From Streptomyces sp. (GTDB taxonomy: Bacteria > Actinomycetota > Actinomycetes > Streptomycetales > Streptomycetaceae): a DNA stretch of 64,000 bases. The position numbers and the translations under genes are program-made. Shown here piece after piece: positions 9,885 to 17,113 of the stretch. Location of the stretch: the NCBI RefSeq assembly GCF_036566765.1, contig NZ_DATCVQ010000709.1, positions 7,200-71,199 on the forward strand. Direction: 5' to 3'. Numbering within the stretch: the stretch's first letter is position 1; each line of letters opens with the position of its first letter. Under the pieces are notes generated by a model, which made no database searches, was not told the origin of the DNA, and saw nothing but the letters and a program-made list of their open reading frames with translations.

Positions 9885-10475
9885 TCAGCGCAGGCGGTCG
9901 GCGATGCGCTCCCGCATCGAGGCCATCGTGAAGCCGCGCGGGTCGATCTTGCCCGGCTGCCACTCCAGGTGGCCGATCACCGAGCGGTGGGTCCAGCCGT
10001 GGACCCGGCAGACCGCCGCCGCGGCCTTCTCGATCGCCTCCAGCTGGACCTTGGGCCAGGGGTCCTTGCCGTCGCCGAGGTTCTCGCACTCGAAGCCGTA
10101 GAAGTGCCGGTTGCCGTCCGTCGTGGCCTCGTTGTCCGGGGGCAGCCTCTGCTCGGCGATCACCGCGCGCAGGACGTCGTCGTCCCCGGAGCCCGCGTGG
10201 TTGGCGCGGCCGTAGCCGACCAGATGGACGGTGCCGTCCTTGGCGATCACGCCGTGGCACAGCGGGCCGGGCAGCGCGCTGTGGCCGTCGCGGCAGATCC
10301 GGACGGTGTTCGCGGTGCCCCGGGTGACCGTGTGGTGGATCATTACGCCGTGCACCGGGCCCCAGGGGCCCTTGTGGTTGCGGTTGTGGGTGCGCCAGTC
10401 GCCGACCTCGACGACCTTCAGGCCCTCGTCGCGCAGCGCGTCGAGGAACCTGCTCGCGGACATGGGTGGGGCCAT
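9885..10475 (-). CDS. N-acetylmuramoyl-L-alanine amidase (amidase_2)
   Basis: GVMIHHT, ANHAG, YGFECEN and VIGHLEWQPGKIDP motifs. Confidence 0.88.
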   Translation of the reverse strand: MAPPMSASRFLDALRDEGLKVVEVGDWRTHNRNHKGPWGPVHGVMIHHTVTRGTANTVRICRDGHSALPGPLCHGVIAKDGTVHLVGYGRANHAGSGDDDVLRAVIAEQRLPPDNEATTDGNRHFYGFECENLGDGKDPWPKVQLEAIEKAAAAVCRVHGWTHRSVIGHLEWQPGKIDPRGFTMASMRERIADRLR

Positions 10476-10755
10476 GGCCGACTCCTTACTCGTGGTTCGC
10501 GTACTGCCGGATGTCTTCCTGGATGTACCGGAGTACGGGAAACGGAGGCGCTGCGTTCGGACGCTGTGCGAGCCGATCCGGACACCCTCCGCGGGCGCTC
10601 CGGCGGACCCTCGCCAACGGCTGCGCCGATCGAGTGGAAACCGAGTGTCATGCCCCGTGGTGCACGGATCATGCCCACTCATTTGTGTAATGGCGGGCGT
10701 ACTCAGCGTGCTGAAAGCTTCCTCTCGCAGGTCTACATGATCGAGAGGGAGATCC

Positions 10756-12171
10756 ATGTCGGTTGGTTCGGTTGGCGACGAGGTCCGCGCGGAGCAGGCG
10801 CCCCCGCAGCAGAGTCTCGGTACCGCCGCCGCGCGGAACCTGGCGACCACCACGAAGTCGGCACCGCAGATGCAGGAGATCACCTCTCGGTGGCTGCTGC
10901 GGATGCTGCCGTGGGTGCAGGTGCAGGGCGGTACCTACCGGGTGAACCGGAGGCTCAGCTATTCCGTGGGTGACGGCCGTGTCACCTTCGTCCAGACCGG
11001 GGAGCGGGTCGCCGTCATCCCGGCCGAGCTCGGTGAGCTCCCCGCGCTGCGCGGCTACGAGGACGAGGAGGCCCTCACGGAACTGGCGGCCCGCTGCCGG
11101 CAGCGCGAGTTCGCGGCCGGTGAGGTGATCGCCGTCTCCGGCGAGGCCACCGACCGGGTCTACCTGCTCGCGCACGGCAGGGTCGAGCAGATCGGCGAAG
11201 GCCCGTACGGCGACGAGGCGGTGCTCGGAGTCCTCGCCGACGGCGCGTACTTCGGCGACGGCGCGCTCATCGACCCCGAGGCCACCTGGGAGTGGACCGC
11301 CCGCGCGGCCACCTCCTGCACCGTCCTCGAACTCACCCGGGACGACGTGCGCAACCTGGCGGACCGGGCGGTCTCGCTCGCCGCGCACCTCGCGACCGTG
11401 GCCGCGCTGCCCCATCAGCGCACCAACAAGTACGGCGAGGCCGAGATCGACCTGTCCGCCGGCCATGTCGGCGAGGCGGTCGTCCCGCACACCTACGTCG
11501 ACTACGACGCCTCGCCCCGCGAGTACGAGCTGAGCGTCGCCCAGACCGTTCTCAAGGTGCACAGCCGGGTCGCCGACCTCTACAACCAGCCGATGAACCA
11601 GACCGAGCAGCAGTTGCGGCTCACGGTCGAGGCGCTGCGCGAGCGCCAGGAGCACGAGCTGATCAACAACAGGGAGTTCGGCCTGCTGGCCAACTGCGAC
11701 TACGGGCAGCGCCTGCAGCCGCACGACGGCGCGCCCAGCCCGGACGACATGGACGAGCTGCTGTCCCGGCGGCGTGGCTCCAAGCTCTTCCTCGCCCACC
11801 CGCGCGCCATCGCCGCCTTCGGGCGCGAGTGCAACAAGCGGGGCCTGGTGCCCGAGTCGATCGAGGTCAACGGCAACCGGATCCCGACCTGGCGCGGGGT
11901 GCCGATCTTCCCGTGCAACAAGATCCCGGTCTCGGACGCCCGGACCACGTCGATCATCTGCATGCGTACCGGCGAGTCCGACCAGGGCGTGATCGGTCTG
12001 CACCAGACCGGCCTGCCGGACGAGATCGAGCCCAGCCTCTCGGTCCGCTTCATGGGCATCGACGAGCAGGCGATCATCTCGTACCTGGTCACGGCCTACT
12101 ACTCGGCCGCCGTCCTGGTGCCGGACGCGCTCGGCGTGCTGGAGAACGTCGAGGTCAGCCGCTGGCGCTGA
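10756..12171 (+). CDS. Family 2B encapsulin shell protein with inserted cNMP-binding domain (EshA/EshB/SrpI-like)
   Basis: [28 protein letters not shown], central CBD (YFGDGAL), [30 protein letters not shown]. Confidence 0.9.
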   Translation: MSVGSVGDEVRAEQAPPQQSLGTAAARNLATTTKSAPQMQEITSRWLLRMLPWVQVQGGTYRVNRRLSYSVGDGRVTFVQTGERVAVIPAELGELPALRGYEDEEALTELAARCRQREFAAGEVIAVSGEATDRVYLLAHGRVEQIGEGPYGDEAVLGVLADGAYFGDGALIDPEATWEWTARAATSCTVLELTRDDVRNLADRAVSLAAHLATVAALPHQRTNKYGEAEIDLSAGHVGEAVVPHTYVDYDASPREYELSVAQTVLKVHSRVADLYNQPMNQTEQQLRLTVEALRERQEHELINNREFGLLANCDYGQRLQPHDGAPSPDDMDELLSRRRGSKLFLAHPRAIAAFGRECNKRGLVPESIEVNGNRIPTWRGVPIFPCNKIPVSDARTTSIICMRTGESDQGVIGLHQTGLPDEIEPSLSVRFMGIDEQAIISYLVTAYYSAAVLVPDALGVLENVEVSRWR

Positions 12172-12265
12172 CCCGGTGAGGGCGGCGGGGGCGCCGGGCC
12201 GAGTGCCCGCGCCCCCGCCGCCCGCGCCGCCGTACCGGCCCGTCGTGAAGGAAGTGACCGTGACC

Positions 12266-13309
12266 ATGACCAGCGCCCATGCCACGACCGACGGTCAGGG
12301 GGCCGTGGCACTCCTGGACCAGACCCGGACCGTCGTCAATCCCCAGCTCCGCTCCACCGTCGAGTCCCTGCCCGGATCCATACGGCGGGTCGCGATGTAC
12401 CACTTCGGCTGGGAGCAGGCCGACGGCACCCCGGCCGCCGGGCAGGCCGGCAAGGCGATCCGCCCCGCCCTCGTACTGGCCGCGACCCGGGCCCTCGGCG
12501 GCGACCCGGACCCGGCCGTGCGGGCGGCCGCGGCGGTGGAACTGGCGCACAACTTCACGCTGCTCCACGACGACATCGTCGACGAGGACCCGACGCGCCG
12601 TCACCGTCCCACCGCCTGGACGGTGTTCGGCATCCCGGACGCGTTGATCGCGGGCGACGCCATGCTGGCGCTGGCCCTGCGGCTGCTCGCGGAGGACGGC
12701 CATCCGGCGTCCGCCGCGGCCTCGGCCCGGCTCGCCGCCTGCGTCATCGAGCTGTGCGCCGGGCAGCAGGCGGACTGCGCGTTCGAGCGGCGGCCGCCGC
12801 ACGAGGTCTCGCTGGACGAGTGCCTCGCGATGGCCACCGCCAAGACGGGCGCGCTGCTGGGCTGCGCCTGCGCGCTGGGCGCGCTGTACGCGGGCGCGGG
12901 GGAGCGCGAGGTCGCGGCGATGGACGCGTTCGGCCGGGAGGCCGGGCTCGCCTTCCAGCTGATCGACGACCTGATCGGGATCTGGGGCGACCCGGACCGG
13001 ACCGGCAAGCCGGCCGGCGCGGACCTGGCCGCCCACAAGAAGTCCCTGCCGGTGGTGGCCGCGCTCACCTCGGGCACGGCCGCGGGCGCGGAGCTGGCGG
13101 GTCTGTACGGGGAGCCGGTGCTCGACCCGGCGGCGGTACGGGCGGCGGCGGACGCGGTCGAGCGGGCCGGCGGCCGGGACTGGGCGCAGGCCGAGGCGGC
13201 CGACCGGATGTCCCGGGCGGTGCACCAGCTCTCGCTGGCGGTGCCGGACCTGGCGGCGGCGGGCGACCTGCTGTCCCTCGCCGAGTTCGTAACGCGCCGG
13301 ACGAAGTGA
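12266..13309 (+). CDS. Polyprenyl transferase, predicted family 2 encapsulin cargo
   Basis: GKAIRP, HNFTLLHDDIVDED (FARM), GQQAD, KTGALL, FQLIDDLIG (SARM variant); immediately downstream of the encapsulin. Confidence 0.88.
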   Translation: MTSAHATTDGQGAVALLDQTRTVVNPQLRSTVESLPGSIRRVAMYHFGWEQADGTPAAGQAGKAIRPALVLAATRALGGDPDPAVRAAAAVELAHNFTLLHDDIVDEDPTRRHRPTAWTVFGIPDALIAGDAMLALALRLLAEDGHPASAAASARLAACVIELCAGQQADCAFERRPPHEVSLDECLAMATAKTGALLGCACALGALYAGAGEREVAAMDAFGREAGLAFQLIDDLIGIWGDPDRTGKPAGADLAAHKKSLPVVAALTSGTAAGAELAGLYGEPVLDPAAVRAAADAVERAGGRDWAQAEAADRMSRAVHQLSLAVPDLAAAGDLLSLAEFVTRRTK

Positions 13310-13331
13310 GGGGCGGCGCAGGAGCCGGGCG

Positions 13332-13907
13332 TCAGGCTTCCGGCACGATCCGGGTGACCGCGGTCTCGATGAGGGCGTCCAGGTCCCGGTCGGCGTGCAG
13401 GCCCGGGACCGTGAAGTGGTCGAGGAACAGGCCGGTGAGGGCCATGTACAGCAGCCGGACCGTTTCCGCGTCGCCCGGCAGCCCGGCGGCCAGGTGCCCC
13501 TGGATGTTCTGGTCGAGGACGGCGCGGAACACCTTGGTGAGCTGGGTGCGCAGCTCCGGGCGGCGGGTGGCCTCAAGTCGGAGTTCGAAGAGCCCCAGAT
13601 AACAGCTGCGCTCGGCCGCCATCCGCCGGGCGAGCCACTTCATCAGCTCGACGACCAGCGCCCGGCTCGGCTCGGGGCTCAGGGCGACCGCCAAGGAGTC
13701 GTCCTCGGGCGTCAGCCGTACGTAGATCCGGTCCGCGACCTGCGAGAGCAGCTGGTCGCGGTCGGTGAAGTAATTGGACGAGGTGCCCGTGGGCACACCC
13801 GCCCGGGCGTCGACGGCCCGGAACGTCAGCCCGCGGGCGCCCTCGTCCGCCAGTACCTCGATCGCCGCGTCCAGCAGCGCCGCCCTGCGCTCGGGATTCC
13901 TCGCCAC
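13332..13907 (-). CDS. TetR family transcriptional regulator
   Basis: EGARGLTFRAVDARAGVPTGTSSNYFTDRDQLL helix-turn-helix. Confidence 0.9.
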   Translation of the reverse strand: MARNPERRAALLDAAIEVLADEGARGLTFRAVDARAGVPTGTSSNYFTDRDQLLSQVADRIYVRLTPEDDSLAVALSPEPSRALVVELMKWLARRMAAERSCYLGLFELRLEATRRPELRTQLTKVFRAVLDQNIQGHLAAGLPGDAETVRLLYMALTGLFLDHFTVPGLHADRDLDALIETAVTRIVPEA

Positions 13908-13954
13908 CTGCGGACCTCCTCATTCCACTTCTTCTCGGAAAATAGCTCTTGCGT

Positions 13955-13990
13955 AACCACTACAGGTGAAGCACTATAACCGTCGTGGTT
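13955..13990. promoter_or_regulatory. Candidate TetR operator between divergent TetR and DHFR-like genes
   Basis: AACCACTAC...GTCGTGGTT imperfect inverted repeat in an AT-richer intergenic stretch. Confidence 0.45.
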
Positions 13991-14028
13991 GCGATCGCAG
14001 CCGCTTCCTGAAGAAGAAGAGGACCGGT

Positions 14029-14610
14029 TTGCGCAAGCTCACCTACTACGTGGCGTGCTCCCTCGACGGGTTCATCGGCGACCCGAAGGGCGATGCCACG
14101 TCCATGTTCAGCTTCCTGGACCCCGAGTACATCGGGTTCATGGCGACGGAGTACCCGGAGACCCTCCCCAGCCCCGGGCGCGAGCAGCTCGGTATCGACG
14201 CGCCCAACAAGCACTTCGACACCGTCATCCAGGGCCTGAGCAGCTACCGGCTCGCCCTGGACATCGGCGTCACCAGCCCGTACGGCCACCTGCGCGAGTA
14301 CGTGGCGACCCGCTCGCTCGCCGAGTCGCCGGACCCGAACGTCGAGCTGATCGCCGACGATCTGGTCGGCCGGATCCGCGAACTCAAGGCCGAGGACAGC
14401 CCGCTCGGGATCTGGCTCTGCGGCGGCTCGACCGTCGCCGGCGAGCTGATCGAGGAGATCGACGAGCTGATCATCAAGACGTACCCGCAGGTGTACGGCT
14501 CCGGAATGCCGATGTTCGGCGCGGGCTTCGAGCCCCGCGACTTCGAGCTCGGCGAGGTCCGCACCTTCGGCAACGGCGTGCTCGTCCGCACGTACACCAG
14601 GAAGCGGTGA
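14029..14610 (+). CDS. Dihydrofolate reductase-family (RibD C-terminal) protein
   Basis: LRKLTYYVACSLDGFI, IWLCGGS, LIDELIIKTYP; TTG start after an AGAGGA RBS. Confidence 0.88.
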   Translation: MRKLTYYVACSLDGFIGDPKGDATSMFSFLDPEYIGFMATEYPETLPSPGREQLGIDAPNKHFDTVIQGLSSYRLALDIGVTSPYGHLREYVATRSLAESPDPNVELIADDLVGRIRELKAEDSPLGIWLCGGSTVAGELIEEIDELIIKTYPQVYGSGMPMFGAGFEPRDFELGEVRTFGNGVLVRTYTRKR

Positions 14611-14636
14611 CCCCGGGCGCCGCCTACCCTTGAGGT

Positions 14637-14957
14637 ATGGGCAGCGAAGGACGCCGTACCGTCCGGGTCCCGCGGGCCGTGCCGGTGTGCCCGGCCTGCG
14701 GTCAGACCGTCGGCACAGTCATCGAGCGTCACAAGGTGCTGGGCGCGTGGGTCCCCGTCTGGGTGGCGCGCCCGTGCCACAACCCGAAGTGCGAGCTGTT
14801 CGAGCAGCCGCCCGAGGGACACCTGGGCGAGGCGCACGAGGACGAGGTCCAGGACGAGGTGCAGGGGGAGGCCCAGGGTGACGCCCAGGGTGAGCCCGAC
14901 ACCCCGTCGTCACCTGGCACAACGGACAAGACCGGGAGAAGTCCGGCCGACGGGTGA
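14637..14957 (+). CDS. Hypothetical protein with a CxxC/CxxxxC zinc-ribbon-like motif and acidic tail
   Basis: CPACG...CHNPKC; TACCCT 6 nt before the ATG suggests a leaderless transcript. Confidence 0.6.
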   Translation: MGSEGRRTVRVPRAVPVCPACGQTVGTVIERHKVLGAWVPVWVARPCHNPKCELFEQPPEGHLGEAHEDEVQDEVQGEAQGDAQGEPDTPSSPGTTDKTGRSPADG

Positions 14958-14999
14958 CCGGCCGAGCGGCGGAGCCGGTCATACCGCTACAGTCCGCGC

Positions 15000-15419
15000 A
15001 TGTCATCGGAGTCGACGGAAGTCTGGACCGGCTGGTACCGGGACCGACGTGGTGCGGAAGCGATCGTGATCACGGCGGGCGGGGGCCAAGTGGCCGCCCG
15101 CATCAGGGGAATCGAGTACACGGGCGCGAGCTTCGCGACCCTGCGCGCGGACGGCGGCGCCGGGGAGGCGCTGACCGGCTGCGTACTGGAGTGGGACCTG
15201 CCGCTCCCCGTCGTCAGCGAAGGAACCTCGCAACAGGCCACACTCAGCTGCCTGCTGACGCTCGGTGAGCGGACCGATCTGAGCCTCACCCTGCATTACG
15301 GCGGCGCGGCCTACGAGTCCGGCATCACCGGGGCCGACTTCGAGGAGGCCCTGGACCGCGTGCGCCGCCAGCTCCCGCCGGGCGCCGAGTTCGGCCCCCG
15401 GGTGCCGGCGGCGGCGTAA
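15000..15419 (+). CDS. DUF6304-like conserved hypothetical protein
   Basis: WTGWYRDRRG...LTGCVLEWDLPLPV...FEEALDRVRRQLPPG resembles the Streptomyces DUF6304 family (recall). Confidence 0.6.
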   Translation: MSSESTEVWTGWYRDRRGAEAIVITAGGGQVAARIRGIEYTGASFATLRADGGAGEALTGCVLEWDLPLPVVSEGTSQQATLSCLLTLGERTDLSLTLHYGGAAYESGITGADFEEALDRVRRQLPPGAEFGPRVPAAA

Positions 15420-15474
15420 CGCGGGGCCGCCCGCCGGGCCCATGGGCCCTCGGGCCCATGGGTCTCACGACACG

Positions 15475-15942
15475 TCAGGCGTGACCGCCCCAGCCCCACC
15501 GGGGGGTAGGGCCGGGGTCGCCGAGATCGGTGCCCGGCGCCGAGGCCGAGACGTCCTTGGCGATCCGGGTCCCCCACTCGAAGTACTCCAGCACCCGGCG
15601 GCGCAGCAGCGCGTCGTCCGGGAGCTCCTTCTCGACCGCCGCGGTCATCAGCTCCATCCAGCGCTGCCGCTGCTCCTCGGTGATCCCGAGACCGAGATGC
15701 GCGCGCAACAGGGCCTGATGGCCGCCCAGTTTCGCGGTGAACTCCGCCGGTCCCGAGAACACCTCGGCCAGCCATACGGCGACGTGCTGCACGTGCGTCG
15801 CGGTGAAGTTCACGAAGACCGGGGCGAGTAACGGGTCGGCGAGCACCGCCTCGTAGAAGGTGTCGGACAGCCGGCGCAGGGCGTCGGCCCCGCCCACGGC
15901 TTCGTAGAGCGTCGTGTCGTGTCCGGTGGATTCGGTGGACAT
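15475..15942 (-). CDS. Group II truncated hemoglobin
   Basis: TLYEAVGG..ALRRL...FYEAVLADPLLAPVF, FSGP..F, HLGLGITEEQRQRW. Confidence 0.88.
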   Translation of the reverse strand: MSTESTGHDTTLYEAVGGADALRRLSDTFYEAVLADPLLAPVFVNFTATHVQHVAVWLAEVFSGPAEFTAKLGGHQALLRAHLGLGITEEQRQRWMELMTAAVEKELPDDALLRRRVLEYFEWGTRIAKDVSASAPGTDLGDPGPTPRWGWGGHA

Positions 15943-16063
15943 GGAGGCCCCCTGGACGGATCGTCGGGCGTGGTGTAGATCGGTCGGCCCCAGTCATTCA
16001 CACCACCCGCCCCGCCGCCAAGGGCCCAGGGGTGGTGTCAGTCGGACCGGTCATCATGGGTCC

Positions 16064-16537
16064 ATGACCGACCCAGCCCCCCGAGTGCGCCACGCCCGCC
16101 CCGCCGACCTGCCCCGCGTGGCCGAACTCGCCGCCGAGCACGCCGCGTACGAGAAGGCGACCCCACCGTCCCCCGGCCTCGCCGCCCGCCTCGACCGCCT
16201 GCTCTTCGGCCCCCACCCGCCCCGGCTGCGCTGCCTGGTCGCCGAACTCCCCGACGGGAGCCTCGCGGGCTACGCCACCTGCGCCCCCGAACTCTCCACC
16301 TGGGACGGCGTGGAGTACCTCCACATGGACTGCCTCTACCTCTCCGCCGCCCACCGCGGCCTGGGCCTCGGCCCCCTCCTGATGGCCGCCGTCGAGGCAG
16401 AGGCCCGCACCCTGGGCCTCGCGGAGGTCCAGTGGCAGACCCCGACGTGGAACGAGGGCGCGATCCGCTTCTACGACCGCCTGGGCGCCCACGCGAAGCA
16501 GAAGCTCCGCTACTCCCTGCCGGTGTCCCCGGCCTGA
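16064..16537 (+). CDS. GNAT family N-acetyltransferase
   Basis: YLHMDCLYLSAAHRGLGLG (motif A), NEGAIRFYDRLG. Confidence 0.9.
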   Translation: MTDPAPRVRHARPADLPRVAELAAEHAAYEKATPPSPGLAARLDRLLFGPHPPRLRCLVAELPDGSLAGYATCAPELSTWDGVEYLHMDCLYLSAAHRGLGLGPLLMAAVEAEARTLGLAEVQWQTPTWNEGAIRFYDRLGAHAKQKLRYSLPVSPA

Positions 16538-16559
16538 GGCCGAGCCCCCGGACACGACG

Positions 16560-16592
16560 AACGGCCCGCCGGTCAGGTGCCGGCGGGCCGTT
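16560..16592. terminator. Hairpin terminator: ancestral terminator between the GNAT gene and sodN, now ~5.5 kb from sodN
   Basis: AACGGCCCGCCGG-tcaggtg-CCGGCGGGCCGTT, about 20 nt from the displaced sodN 3' remnant. Confidence 0.7.
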
Positions 16593-16611
16593 CGCGAGGA
16601 GGTGAGGAAGG

Positions 16612-16630
16612 TCAGGCCTTCTTCGTCTCC
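16612..16630 (-). repeat. att site: displaced original sodN 3' end (GGAGACGAAGAAGGCCTGA, E-T-K-K-A-stop)
   Basis: Matches 22138-22156 at 18 of 19 nt; followed by the ancestral terminator. Confidence 0.88.
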
Positions 16631-16790
16631 TAGTAATGGGGCGGGTCGGTGACCTGTGGGGATCTTCCCTGCGGGTCGCTGGCCTGGCCTTTTACCGATG
16701 GTTGGAGATGGGGTGCGTCGGTCCTGATCGGATGCCCTGCGGACTGTGCGCGGACTGACCAGCCAAACAGCACCAGGCAGCAATGCTGGG

Positions 16791-16994
16791 TCAGCGCCTC
16801 GCGGCCATCAACGTCATCGTGATGTTGCAGGCAAGAGCCAGAGTCGTCCCGAACGCTGCGGCCGCCCGAAAGCCAGTCGCCGGGTGAGTGGCCTCGTCTC
16901 GACGTGCCAGAAGTGCAGCAGCAGCCGCGACGAGGCCGGCAAGCAGCACGGCCACAGCGCAACCCAGGGCAACGGTAATGGCATGGTCAGACAC
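16791..16994 (-). CDS. Small two-TM membrane protein (island cargo)
   Basis: GTG with AGGAG RBS; VSDHAITVALGCAVAVLLAGLVAAAAALLARRD...; divergent from the HTH-NTPase gene. Confidence 0.55.
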   Translation of the reverse strand: MSDHAITVALGCAVAVLLAGLVAAAAALLARRDEATHPATGFRAAAAFGTTLALACNITMTLMAARR

Positions 16995-17113
16995 GATCGT
17001 CTCCTGTCGATGGGGCAATCTGTGACGCCGAGTCTCAGGAAGCGGTCGTTCGCCGTTGTTCGTGGCGGTAGAACTGGTCGAAGACGAACGGGGCCGAGCA
17101 TCGAAGGGTAGGA

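Noticed and set aside
10756-12171. Crp/Fnr transcription factor
   Set aside because: The cNMP domain is embedded in encapsulin shell motifs and there is no C-terminal HTH.
16600-16700. tRNA gene at the island boundary
   Set aside because: No cloverleaf, T-loop or CCA pattern; the repeat matches sodN instead.
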